DNA from: Ramazzottius varieornatus
Lineage: Eukaryota > Animalia > Tardigrada
NCBI GenBank assembly: GCA_001949185.1
Contig: BDGG01000009.1
Span: 1-64,000, forward strand
Length of the DNA stretch: 64,000 bases
Direction: 5' to 3'
Shown: positions 36,386 through 47,764 of the stretch, in pieces
Position numbering within the stretch: position 1 is the first letter of the stretch
Layout of the letters: each line of letters begins with the position of its first letter
The notes under the pieces: model-generated
Database searches by the model: none
What the model was told of the DNA's origin: nothing
The model's input: the letters and a program-made list of their open reading frames with translations, nothing else
Program-made: the position numbers and the translations under genes

Positions 36386-39133
36386 ATGAACCTGACCTTG
36401 CAGTCTTTCCTTCATCGTCATTTTCCTCGTCTTTCCAAACCTCCTTCCAAAGACATGGTTTATCGACCTATCGTTCTGCAATGCGGAGCGAAGGGTAAAA
36501 CTGCGAGATGCACGACGTTAAAGACTTGGCTGGTCTGTTGGCCCGACCACTGCGACCCGAGCTACATGGTGATTTTTTGGACAGTCTTTAGCTTCGGCTT
36601 CTTTCTGGCCGATATGGCATCGGATATTTCTGTTGCCTTCGAGTACCTTGAGTCGAAAGACTATATCTGGTCGGGATTACTCTTTGGCTTTACCATTCTT
36701 CCTTGTATCATTGCCCAAGGATATTTTGTTGCGGTGAAAAAGGCACCGTGGTATGAAGCTTATCCGTTCGGCGTCATTTTCTGGTAAGAGAAAATTCACA
36801 CTTGAAATGATACTGCAAAACATGAAGCTTCTAAATTATTCTGCCAGTATTTTGAAAAATCCACGCTTCGAAAGGTGACACTAATACTGTCAAAAAGTCG
36901 AATAAAATTTAGCATCTCGGTGTATTTCGTTCCAGGTCCTGGAGAACAGTTCAGACTTTTCTTGCCTTGCCTCCCAACGAGGCCATTAAATCTGCCCCCG
37001 ACGCCGCGAACTTCCTCCACAAGCTCCGTGAATTCCAAGCCTGCAATCGTCAGCGTACCAACGTCAGTGACCTTGACGTCTACTTCGGTTCAATGCCCCA
37101 ACTAATCCTCCAAAGCTACATTGCCGCCGACGTGGCTGTCACCACCGGCGCGTACAAGATCACCTGGAACAGCTGGCTCTCACTGGCCCTGTCTTCCCTC
37201 AACATGCTACGCTACGAGCCCAGTGCCCGCGAAAGCGAGAAGGGGATCATCGTTGATGTAGAGACCGTCCTTGAACCCGCCATGTACGACTACATCGCGG
37301 AGAACCTGTTCGACCTGATGAGTGTGGTACCACGCGCGGTGACCATCGGATGCTTCCTGTCCATTCAGCCTTCCTACGTCGCTCTTTTGTCTTTCTTCCC
37401 ACCACACATCCTGGTGGGGTTTCTGTGGTTCTGGCTGTCGTCCCCGAAGAAGATACCAGGTTACAGGTCGCATGATAGAGACTTTCGTGGGCAGAGAAGA
37501 GACCGACACGATTACCTCGCTCACTTCCAAGCAGCTTTGGCCACCTTGCTCTTCCCGCCGACCAACAAAGCCTGGCCAGAGAACTTCCTTCTCTGGAGAG
37601 ATCGTTTCAGGGCAGTCGCGACGAAGCAGTTCGTCGTGGTAACAGTTTTTCAGTTCTTGGAGACGGAAGCGCTGCTGTGGATATGGGTGTTCCTGGCCGA
37701 TGCAAACGTACCGGTACTTCCAACGCTGTTGGCTGTAACCGGCTGGACCGTCCTTCGAATCCTCTGTCATGTTGGGTATTACGTATTTCTGCTCTTTCCG
37801 TTGTATACCTGCGAGTGGGAGCAATGCACGAGAAGAAGAGGTAAACGAGACTCAGAAAAATTCAGAAAATTATTACTGTCCGCCGTGACGTCATCGCGGC
37901 CATTAAAAACAAAACAAGCGGTCCAGGGTCACCTCGAAGCTCGGCAAACAGGCTTCACGAATCATTTTCCGGAGTGGCGCACGATTTTGATGCTGTTGGC
38001 TGGAAGCCTGCGCCACTTGAGTAGACGATCTTGCCGAGTTTGTTTTGTCTCCCAAGTAGTGGGCGTTTAATGATTTGCTGATGTGTTCGCGTGCGCCTCT
38101 TGGAAAAAAGATGTTGTTTTGTTTGCCAGACCCCACTTATTGACAGATTTACCTAAATTATTGCCGGTTTCAGGTCTGATTGCCAAGATGGAGATAACCC
38201 GAATGGCAGAAGAACTTGGTGGCTATTTCTGCCCCAAGCTGAAGCCACGCTTGGTGAAAACCCGCGATCTATGCTCGTCCAAGTCGGACATTTCCTCGTT
38301 GCGTCAAGAGTGCCAATGGCTGGTTGACCATCTGCTGTCCGAGTCCGTAGGCCATACGAAGCGTAGTCGAACACAAAAACATCGCTTGAAAGCCATGAGT
38401 GCCTCAGAGAAGGATCTCTTGCGGTCTGTTCGTCGAGAAGCAGCGAACTGTCTGCGCTCGTTGGACAATCGCCGGCCTTTGTCCACTTCAGACATGCATG
38501 CTTGGCAGCGCTTGATCGATGATTGCCAAGGTGAACCTTGTGCTCAGTTTTCAATTAATGGACAGCCAATATTTCATGCGTCACAGGAATGTCGACAAGC
38601 GAAACGTAAAAGATCTTCGTCTCAAGTGGCTCACTTTTCGTTGCTCTTGGCTGGAAAACTGCGCCCTTAACATAATCATCTTGTACGTTTCGCTGGTCGT
38701 TCTCCCAGTAGATGTTTGCATAGAAAAACTGAGTTCAAAACGACTCAACCGAGCACGATTCTACTGCAGATTCTATTTTTTTTGTAAGGACTGTTTTCTC
38801 TTAGAGTTGTCCAACGGATGGCTGGACATTCTCTTCCGCTGTCTGACACATCATCGTCTTCCCTCGTCTTTCCTTCACGCCGACCGGGATCTCTCCCTGT
38901 CCCAATATCCCGAAATGTTCCAGCAGATGGTTGTCAAGAACAGTTTCCACCTGAAGAACTCTTCGGTTGTTAAACGTCCAGAAAAGAGCAAGAAGACTGT
39001 TCAGGACTCCGTTACAAACCAGGAAGCTCCACAAGGAAGACCGTCGTCCACGATATTGATCTTAGAGAACCCAGTGGAAGCTGCAGATGACCCGTTGTCT
39101 TTCGGACATGATTTAGATTTCGAATATGTTTAA
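36386..39133 (+). CDS. XK-related (Xkr scramblase-like) multi-pass membrane protein with a soluble C-terminal extension
   Basis: FFLADMASDISVAFEY...WSGLLFGFTILP and DVYFGSMPQLILQSY resemble XK motifs; introns 37841-38173 and 38531-38804 keep frame. Confidence 0.7.
37940..38050. repeat. Intronic dyad element, XK-like intron 37841-38173
   Basis: agtggcgcac N25 ctgcgccacttg. Confidence 0.88.
38593..38699. repeat. Intronic dyad element, XK-like intron 38531-38804
   Basis: Outer arms cgacaagcgaaacgta / tacgtttcgctggtcg; core caagtggctcac N24 ctgcgccctt. Confidence 0.85.
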
Positions 39134-39424
39134 CCGAGGAAGCGCTATACATAAAAGATAAAAAGAAAGAGATTCAAAGATAGTTGGGGAAGGGTGAAAA
39201 ACACGTAACAAAGTGATCGAATATTAACCACACGGCGTTAGAAACGTACAAAGGAACAACACAGAAAAGAAACTGGTGGTGGCAAATTTAATCTCAAAGG
39301 AACTTCTGGGGCAATGTAAGGGAAAAAAATACTTTGAAAACCGGTATTGCATACGAAAGGCACAGGAAACTATTGTCAAACTCAAAAGGAAACTTCAGAA
39401 AAATCTCAGTGTAATGATCTCCTT

Positions 39425-41601
39425 TCAGTGACACTTTTCGAGATTTGAGGCGGAGGTAGACTGAAACATCGTGGTGAAAGGCCATTTTCGGGTGAAGGGC
39501 CATTCGTACTCGTTGGGCACGACACGGTAGACGTCGGCCTCGAAGAAGGCGTACAGCGGAAAGTACAGATTGGTCTTCCGCGGGTGCCGACGTACAATAT
39601 CGGTGTTGGCTAAGGTGTGATAATACAAAAAGAGGCGGGACGAAATGTAGAAGGCGATGAACACGTCGATTGAGTAATGCTAGATACAAAGGCAACCAGA
39701 ATGATTTCTGTACAATAAGTGGGAGGTCGGCAAACGAAACGTGAAGTATCGTTATGTTGAGTGGCGCACGCTTAAAGCCGAAAGCAACGATAATATGCGC
39801 CACTTCGGACAGCGATCTTACACGTTTCGTTTACCGATTTCCTGATTTATCTGAAATTTTTCGGAGATTGACCAAGCTTCGATCTGAAGTTTCTATAATG
39901 CAGACTTTTTACCTCGTGAGCGGCAAGGATGAAGAACATGCCGAAGAGATTCAACGTCCAAGAAGCCAAATGGATCATCCGATGTCTCTTCGGGGTATCT
40001 GAAATAAAAATAAATATTCAGTTACGTACTTGAGAAAGTGAGATCTAACAAGAAAACGGCCAAGTTCATCTGTGCGTACATTCTGTGATGAAGAAATTCA
40101 GAGTGGTAATGATAACTGTGTGACCTGAGAACATGTAGTCACCACAAGCTCGAACACCTTGCAGCGACATTCCAAAGCCTCGAACTATGGTCAAGGCTTG
40201 TCGAAACCTCGCTGCGGGATCACCGAAAATCTAAAAACAATACAGGCCGGTAAATTATGAAAAGGATATTAAAAGGATAAGGAAACTTTGTACCTTGCCA
40301 GAGCACTTCAGGTGAACCCCGGGGACTGACATGGAAGTTATCAGCATGCAGACACTTCGTAGGAGGAAGATAGAGCCCAGAAGGACGAAGTAGCGTCGCA
40401 TGAGGATAAACCTATAAAGAAGAAGTATGTGAGACCGCTGCAACTACCGGAAGGTTGAACTGACACACCTGTGCTTGTGGAGGACCAGAATGGCGAACCA
40501 GAACAGGCAGAGCAAGATGGTGGCAACTTCACACATGTCAAAGGCCCACGGTATGAGCGGGACGTTGTCCAGAATCAAGTCCGGCAATGGAGGGTACTTT
40601 TCCATGTCGGGAACCCGATCATGAACGATGACCATCACGAAAGCAGTTATGACTGTCGACGAGACGAAGTACCTACGAGAAACCCAATAGGAAAGTTAAC
40701 TACCGGATCAACCCACGCAAGATAGCAGGGAACTGAAATGCGCAAGCGCGTCAATCACTAAAACACCCTGGTCAAGTGGCGGATAATGACGGTGAAAGAC
40801 CACACAGCTCGCGCCACTAAAACGGGGTAGTAACTCAAGCCGATGAGTTGACGCAGAGTCGCAGACTATCGTGTTAATCAACAGCAGTAGTGCGTCAGTT
40901 AGACCAAGTCAAACTGCATGACACATCCGATGACGTCGCACGAGTGATCACTATACAGTAGGATCTACAGCACCTTCCTCAATCACTTATTTAATTTCTG
41001 ATCTTATGAATGATGGTTGATAGCTCTTATCTTACGCAAAAGCGAGGATGGCTTTCCCAAAGTCAGGTTTCAATGGAGGTAGGTGTCTGTGTTGTGAATG
41101 CGAGGTGAAACCATGTGTCATGGCCGAGACGCTACTCAGCCTCCTCTTCCTTCGTTCCCTCTTCTCCCGTAGTGCCTCCTCCGTTTCAGTTTCCGAGCCC
41201 GAAGAAGAAGAGGACGACGACGACGCTTGGCTGATATTTTCAGCCGCCAACACTGCGAAGTTGGCTGTGACAGGGTCATTGACGGCCTTGCTCCCCCCGT
41301 TGGTATCTTCAGCCACGGGCAAACCAGGTTTCGAGATGTCCACCTTGGCAATGGTGGTCGACTTCAGCACGGAGATGGCACCATATAAACGCTTGATCAC
41401 TCCCAATTTCCTGATGGAGAGGGGAGGCGAACGAAAATCAGTTTCCGTCATGCGGAGGAGGGAGAAGCCATCGATTTCGTGCTCCCGGAATAACTCCCGC
41501 ACGTCCAACGCGACGCCATTCAGTTCCAGCCATCTTGAGACGTCTTCTATCGTCCATGAAGCTACCGTTACATCCCGTAGATTCGCTGGAACCCGATCCA
41601 T
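39425..41601 (-). CDS. SAMD8: Sphingomyelin synthase-related protein (SMSr, CPE synthase) with N-terminal SAM domain
   Basis: SAM domain ([10 protein letters not shown]...HEIDGFSLL...KLG), [24 protein letters not shown]; Glu in AHEHY is the SMSr type. Confidence 0.93.
39727..39837. repeat. Intronic dyad element, SAMD8 intron 39680-39912
   Basis: Outer arms tcggcaaacgaaacgtg / cacgtttcgtttaccga; core agtggcgcac N25 atgcgccactt. Confidence 0.9.
40748..40854. repeat. Degenerate dyad element, SAMD8 intron
   Basis: caagtggcggat N24 tcgcgccact; outer arms gcgtcaa / ttgacgc. Confidence 0.55.
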
Positions 41602-42185
41602 GATGGTCACCTACAAGACAAGTTACACATATTATAACTCACAGAAACTTTCCTTGAGCAGTAGAAACTAGAATTAACTGGAATACAAATTGAGGTTGGT
41701 TGAATGTTTTGGCCCAATCAACCATCTGTAGGACTTTCAATCAATCGTAGCAGGATGCGTGACCCAGTTACTGTACGTCACGAGTACCTCATCACGCGAT
41801 GTGACTGCTCACCTGCTTATATGCGCTACGAACAAATGACTGCTGCTGCCGCCCATTTCGCTACACAGCAAAGAGCCAGCAGAGCTGGACACGGGGGAGC
41901 TGCAGATGCCTGATGCTACTGTCTGATACTAATTTTCTTTCCTCAACCTGTTGCTTCAACCGAGACCTCTCCTTGATCCTCTGCTGCCCACTCTTATTGC
42001 CGGAAGATGGAAGAAGGGATTGAGAAAAGATTTCTTCGGAACATAGAGCGATCAAGAAGCTGGCTGGATCCGGACAGAGCCTAACAAAGCGAGTCAGCGA
42101 AATTTTTGATTAGTTTGAACCGATTCACTTCTTCCATTCGGGCAGAGAGATTCCGGCGAATGTCACTGAGAACGTGCTCACTAGG

Positions 42186-42300
42186 GAGCTCGGTAGAAGA
42201 AGACAACCATGTATCTAAAGTGGTGCACGGTGTCAATCAGTACCACTGCAAAAGTGTGCCACTTGAGCAAGCAATCTGGTCAAGTAGGTTCGCCGAGCTT
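42186..42300. repeat. Dyad element upstream of the SAMD8 CDS
   Basis: Outer arms agctcgg / ccgagct; core aagtggtgcac N25 gtgtgccactt. Confidence 0.85.
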
Positions 42301-42703
42301 CTTTATATGTATATGTATCGACTGAGCGAACAAGGACCGAATTCTGGAAGTTGATTTCAGGCGTGTCGGCGATCTTCTGGGGGCTAGCTACCGGAAACTC
42401 TTGAGAACAGTCATTTACCTGTTCTTGCTACTGTCTTTCGGTTTGCTGAACAGGCCAATCTTATCCGCGCTGGTGCCGATTACGGGAGCCGCATTTAAAA
42501 GGTGTGTGTTGCCAGAAAGATCAGTAACCAGCAGGGAGGTTTTTGCTTTGGGGTCTGGCACACGGAAGACGTACACGATGTCCGTCACGTTTCTTACAGG
42601 ATACGTTGCGATGTGCAGCACGTGAAAAGCTTGGTACGTTGCTCAAGACATCGTGAAGGTGGTGTCGCGGGAAGCTCGCCACATGCCGGCACCTCGCAAT
42701 CCG

Positions 42704-43622
42704 GATTTCTATAACTACCGCTCCAACCCGGAAGTCATCAAGTATCAAGGCTTTGACGTAATGACACGCCAAGTCGCAGGTGATTTCGCAGCTTGGCAGC
42801 AGGATAAGTTGCCCGGCAAGCCTGATGATAGGGTACAATACGCCATCGTTCTGCACTCAACAAAAAGAGTAGTGGGGAATTGCACCATCAATTTATAGGA
42901 AGACGAAAATCGGACTGCGAAAACTTCTCACTTTCACCAGCGCAGGTGAGATAGGCCAAGGAGGTCCTGCTGGTAACTATGCACTTTCTTTTCGACGTCA
43001 AAGGCGTCCACAGAACTTAGAAAACCGTGAATGCGGAAAACGCAGCCTGTATTGCGTTGCTAGAATCTGCTGGCTTCCGACGGGAAGGCCATTTTGCTCA
43101 TAGATCGGCCCAGCTGTATGAATTGTTCAGATCAGCCCCTGGCCGTAGGAAGCGACATCAAGAGCTTGCATGGTAATAACCACAATACTGCAGCGTGTTG
43201 CATCACGGAAAATTGCAAGGGCCCACTTGACCGGTCCACCTCTTAGGGCCAGGGGCTGGTCTAAACAATTGAGCAATGGGCAGAGTAGATCAGTAAGGCG
43301 CTCCCTAGTTTGAGAAGTATGGAGCGGCAACGAAATGAAGATTGCTTTTAATCGACCAATCAAAATGGTTAAAGTGATAGATTCTGTGCCTTCATTGGTC
43401 GTCTACGGATATTCTTCAATTTCATGCCCCGCTCCATATGATGTCATCTTGCCGCGCCTTACTGCCCACTGCCCAATTCATACAGCTGGGCCGATCTATG
43501 ATTTTGCTGACAGTATTTTCTTTAAAACCGCATGGGGTAGTCATCACGAGCACGTGCTTTTGAATAGAGAATGGAATGAGCACCGAAAACTGTTGCATCC
43601 GAAGTCGCAGACATTGTATTAA
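42704..43622 (+). pseudogene. Bacterial-type RimJ/RimL GNAT acetyltransferase pseudogene interrupted by a hAT MITE
   Basis: DFYNYRSNPEVIKYQGF...VQYAI...VGNC*, frameshift, AKEVLL...FLFDVKGVHRT*KTVNAENAACIALLESAGFRREGHFA [insertion] DSIFFKTAWGS...LNREW; intronless, with stops. Confidence 0.85.
43099..43500. mobile_element. hAT-type MITE family B (402 bp) with a perfect 8-bp TSD
   Basis: Perfect 27-bp TIR catagatcggcccagctgtatgaattg; direct repeat attttgct at 43091-43098 and 43501-43508. Confidence 0.92.
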
Positions 43623-43748
43623 TATGGGAGACCGGCAAACGAACGTACAAGATCGTTATTATTAGCGCACGCGCTCAGCGTATAACAATGAAAACATGCG
43701 CCACCTGAACCTTCCATCTTGCACATTTCGTTTGCCTACCGCCCATAT
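43622..43748. repeat. Dyad element, apparently intergenic or UTR
   Basis: Outer arms atatggg..ggcaaacgaa / ttcgtttgcc..cccatat; core gcgcac N25 atgcgccac. Confidence 0.8.
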
Positions 43749-43820
43749 CTCGCTTTTGATAGTGTGATCAATGCTTGCTATTAATAGTAAACTGTGCGCA
43801 GATCACCAGCACTAAATAGC

Positions 43821-45477
43821 CTATCTCGGTTCCAAAGTCTTGTTTGGTACATATCCAGATATCGACTTGGCTAACTGTGCTAAAATTGCGTATTCATATT
43901 CCGTAAAACATTCAGGACTAAGGTACACTCCACAATACGAATCAACCGGTTTCTCTTTCTGCCCTCCGTCGTCATAAGCATACCGTCCCCAGCACGACGG
44001 TTTATCTAGTCGTTTTGCCGCCTCCCCATCATACACCTTCGTATTCAGTTCCTCGAAAATCTTCTGCGCCACCTGGGCCTCATCACTGAACCCAGTCACT
44101 TCCACAAAACCGTACTTGCCGAATATGTGCTCGATCTGAGTGATTTGCGCGTCCAGGTCATCGTTGATCGGCACCCGACTCTCCTCCAGAATCATCTGTA
44201 GGTAAGCATAGGCCGGAGTTCCGGGCAATCGAGGTATCCGCGGTGTGAAGACATATCTGTCCAGCAGATCAAGCATCAGCCTCAACTGTTGCGCAGACAC
44301 TGTCCGTAAATACACTTCCTGTTCGTGGTTGTAAGATTGAACAATATGGTTAATCACAGCCCGCATCGGTTGAGAGAACCGAAAGTATTCCTGGTTGAAC
44401 TGATGAACGTCAACTTTCAACTCAGCGGCACAGTTCGATACTTTCACTTGCAGATCCGTGATATCGTTCCAGAGTAACAATAAGGTTGCCCAAGGTGGTG
44501 GCGCACAATGAATACTGTCAGCGGGTTGGTTTAATTCGTCGGTATGAAGTATCGGACCGTCCAAGCAGTGTCGTAAACTTTTCGGTTCTTCGGCAATGCT
44601 TCTTCCTTTTTGGCACTTCATATGGATGAACGATTTCGGCACGCAGTCGAAACCAGCAAAGGTGGATATCAGAGCACAGTAGAGGTCGCGTTGCATGCAA
44701 GCAAGAGTATCGGCACGGACAAGAGAACCTGCATCCATAAGCATGTTATAAAGACATACAGTGTGAACGAACTGAATCGAACTCACACAGGGTTTTCGAA
44801 TCTGAATAGAGTTGGTCATCAAGGACGACCGGGTCGAGTTCCATCTCGGCAAAATCCGGTGTGCTTTCAGGCGAGACGTGCATGTTATAGTTCAGTTTCC
44901 GGATCAACGCTTGTACAGTGTTGAATATAAACTCTGGAGTTAGAGACTGAGGCGCTGCCAGCGAACTTTCTTTGGCGATTGTTTTACCGAGTGCCCTTAA
45001 CGCAGTGGGTGCGACAGTCAGCATTTTCCTCCACAGCTTGATCAACGATCCATCTTGATGACAGTACACATGCCGCTTATGGCTACTCAGGATCTGCTCG
45101 TCTTGGACACGACTGATGACTTCGTGGCTCAGTGTGGTGGGGTAATCACTGAGGAGCTTCAAGGCCCACAGTCTAGAAAGGATCTTCTGGTTGACTGTTT
45201 GGTATGAGTCCCGAATAAAAGTCAGGCATGTCTCTTCGAATTCAGGGCGTAAGCACGGAGTGATCACACAACTCTCCGGATCGTAGAATGTCCACAATGG
45301 AGCGAACATCTCTTCGCCGTCTTCGGAGTCGCAAAATGTACATAATGTGGCATCGTACACGTCTAGTAACTGCGATAGTTCACCGTAGTCCCGCTTGTAC
45401 TGTGGTACGCGCTCTTGAACGCGTTTGCGTAGACCGGCGCAATGCTCTTTCACATGAATATGGATGGATGTAGCCAT
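43821..45477 (-). CDS. Uncharacterised ~530-aa protein (two long exons); start uncertain
   Basis: ORFs 44746-45684 and 43821-44852 join in frame through a 58-nt GTGAGT...CAG intron (44729-44786); no recognised domain. Confidence 0.6.
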
Positions 45478-46398
45478 GTTTTCCAGCAATCCTGTATGAA
45501 GGGTTCTTTTTGGCAGATATATGTCATGCAACTTCTCACCGGCTAGCTGCGTTGTTTTTCGCTCTGATTGGAGAGGTTCACAGGTGTCCAGCCTATGCTG
45601 TTGCTGTTGCCATGCGCTGGTTCGTTCGCAGTGCTCGTGGTACCCGAGTAGTAAAGGCACGTGGAGCGCCAATCGAGATAACATACATCATGTTCTTTCA
45701 GCCAATGGTTTGAAGTTTGAACTGGCTAATTTTATTGGTCCTTGGTCAAGACCGAATCTTGCGTCGTAAGTACTGCAGCCCAGCATAGTAGTACGACGTT
45801 GTTTACAACGGAACGGGAATCAGGCGTAGATGTTTGCTTGCGGTACCGCCACGGTTTAGCGACCATGCCATACGGTGGGCTGCGCGGGCCACGTCCGACG
45901 TTTGCCCGTACTTCGCTAATGTTCGCGCTATTCAACAATCGCTGCTTGCGGGAACTAAATTTCCGTTCGGTAGTCTGAGTGCCTTTGCGGCGGACTCCTG
46001 TGTGTATGAAAAATTCAGAATTTGGATTCTGGTCCGGGCTACCTTATCTAACTTAGGTCTGTTGTTAAAGCATAGCAAAACGGTGAAAGCACGAAATAAG
46101 CGATCAGAATTTGAAACCTCAATATTTAAAACTACCAACAGTAAAATATTTTAGCATTTGATATTAAAGCAAATATTTCGGTGTTTGATGTGGCAACCGT
46201 TGGGGTTAAACAACAATCAAGCACGCGTGTATGCAGCCAGGCGACTTTCAGACCCATCTCGAAAGAAATTTGGCGTGCGCTGAGGGCGCTACATGATTCT
46301 GCTGGAGCTGGAAGCTTTCGGTGTTGTTTTACGCATCCAGACCTAGTTATTTACTCTCGTCCTTCTGGTACGATAGCTCGCGCAAAATCAAAATGAAG

Positions 46399-46870
46399 TA
46401 CACGCACGGCGGGTAATTATGGGACACTAAAAATTATGGTACAGGCCTTTTCGCTACGGCGGCACGGGCAGGTAATTGTTACTACAAGTAAAAACCAGCA
46501 CTAAGGCTGCGTTGCTGTACGTACGTGCTGATTAGCAGAATGCGCGTCCTTCGAGGCTTTTTCGGTGTACTGTCGAAGTTCATTGGTCTTGAAGGGCTGG
46601 GACATTATGAAAAAACGGTTAAAGAAACGATATGCATTCGAGAGCGTCTTTGGATGAAAATGAATGAACAATCCTCAGCCTCGAAGCGCAGAAGTCAAAC
46701 AGCTGATCGGCTGATGGGCACTGTCCATGACAATTTTCTACAGTTAAATTTCACTGCGTTACGTCATACCATCGATTTTCGTTTCTGGCTCGCATTCAGG
46801 ATGTAAATTTGCTGTCCTTTCCGCCTGTACCATAATTTTTAGTGTCCCATAATTACCCGCCGTGCATGTC
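46399..46870. mobile_element. MITE with a 42-bp perfect TIR core
   Basis: gcacggcgggtaattatgggacactaaaaattatggtacagg (46404-46445) and its exact reverse complement (46824-46865). Confidence 0.85.
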
Positions 46871-47364
46871 GTGTTGCCAGAGTTCTATGAGGTGGCGCGT
46901 GTTACATCATTGGTGTGTCAGCAATCACCAACCTCAAGATAATTTCCGGTCCATGGTGACAAGCAGCACATCCGAAACGGTGTACTCCGGCTAGTCTGAG
47001 CTAGATGGATTCGGCATCCATCCTACGGAAGCGATCGCTTTTCCTGCTTTTCTGGCATTGATCTGTTCCATACAACAAGTGCTGACCACCCTCGACAGAC
47101 TTGATCTGGATAGTGAAGCCCTCTCTTCACTCAGCCCTGTCTTCACTTAGCATCACCCAACTTCACTCCGCATCCAAACAGAGGCTCCTTGGTTACCACT
47201 GCGGAGCCACCTCTTCCGAAATTACGCCCTGCTACGCCCGCTGAAAGCCTGGAACAACCTTCTGCTGAATAAAGTTCCCGATAACCTAGTAAGTACCGTT
47301 TCAGTTTCATTGCTACTGTGGATATGAAGAGAAAATCTTCATGATTATGTTCTTATATATAAAT

Positions 47365-47578
47365 TACTGTACTCCCGCGATACACACGCCATACTCGTAC
47401 GTACGTCAGGAATGTGCACCTCCCGGGGGCAGAAAATTTGAACTTTATTGAATCAATAATCAGTCGAAAAGCTGTACTCTAAAGAGGAATCTTCCGCCAC
47501 TTCGTCACTTTTTTACTTGCAGTACTACTTTTCCTAATACAGAGGGAAGTATGGCGTGTGTATCGCGGGAGTACAGTA
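47365..47578. mobile_element. MITE (214 bp) with a 31-bp perfect TIR and TA ends
   Basis: tactgtactcccgcgatacacacgccatact / agtatggcgtgtgtatcgcgggagtacagta. Confidence 0.85.
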
Positions 47579-47764
47579 TGTGATGTTTTCTTGTTTCGCT
47601 TATCGGTTTGCTTTGCAGTTTCTGAGAACAAATCCTGCTCTTTTCGATAAAAGGTACTTATTAGAATAAATTTCTGTGCAGGTTTTACTTGTTCGTTGGG
47701 TGCACCCGTGTGAACAGAAGGCCCCAAGAGACGCATTGATCAGAAGATGATAATCTAATCATCC

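Noticed and set aside
41048-41671. Long antisense ORFs (also 37207-37824, 50501-50986, 5575-6093)
   Set aside because: Shadow ORFs opposite well-supported coding exons.
44729-44852. Apparent programmed frameshift between overlapping ORFs 44746-45684 and 43821-44852
   Set aside because: A canonical 58-nt GTGAGT...CAG intron joins them in frame.
46930-47280. Possible LINE 3' remnant (HLFRNYALLRPLKAWNNL)
   Set aside because: Resemblance is short and no reverse-transcriptase motif is visible.
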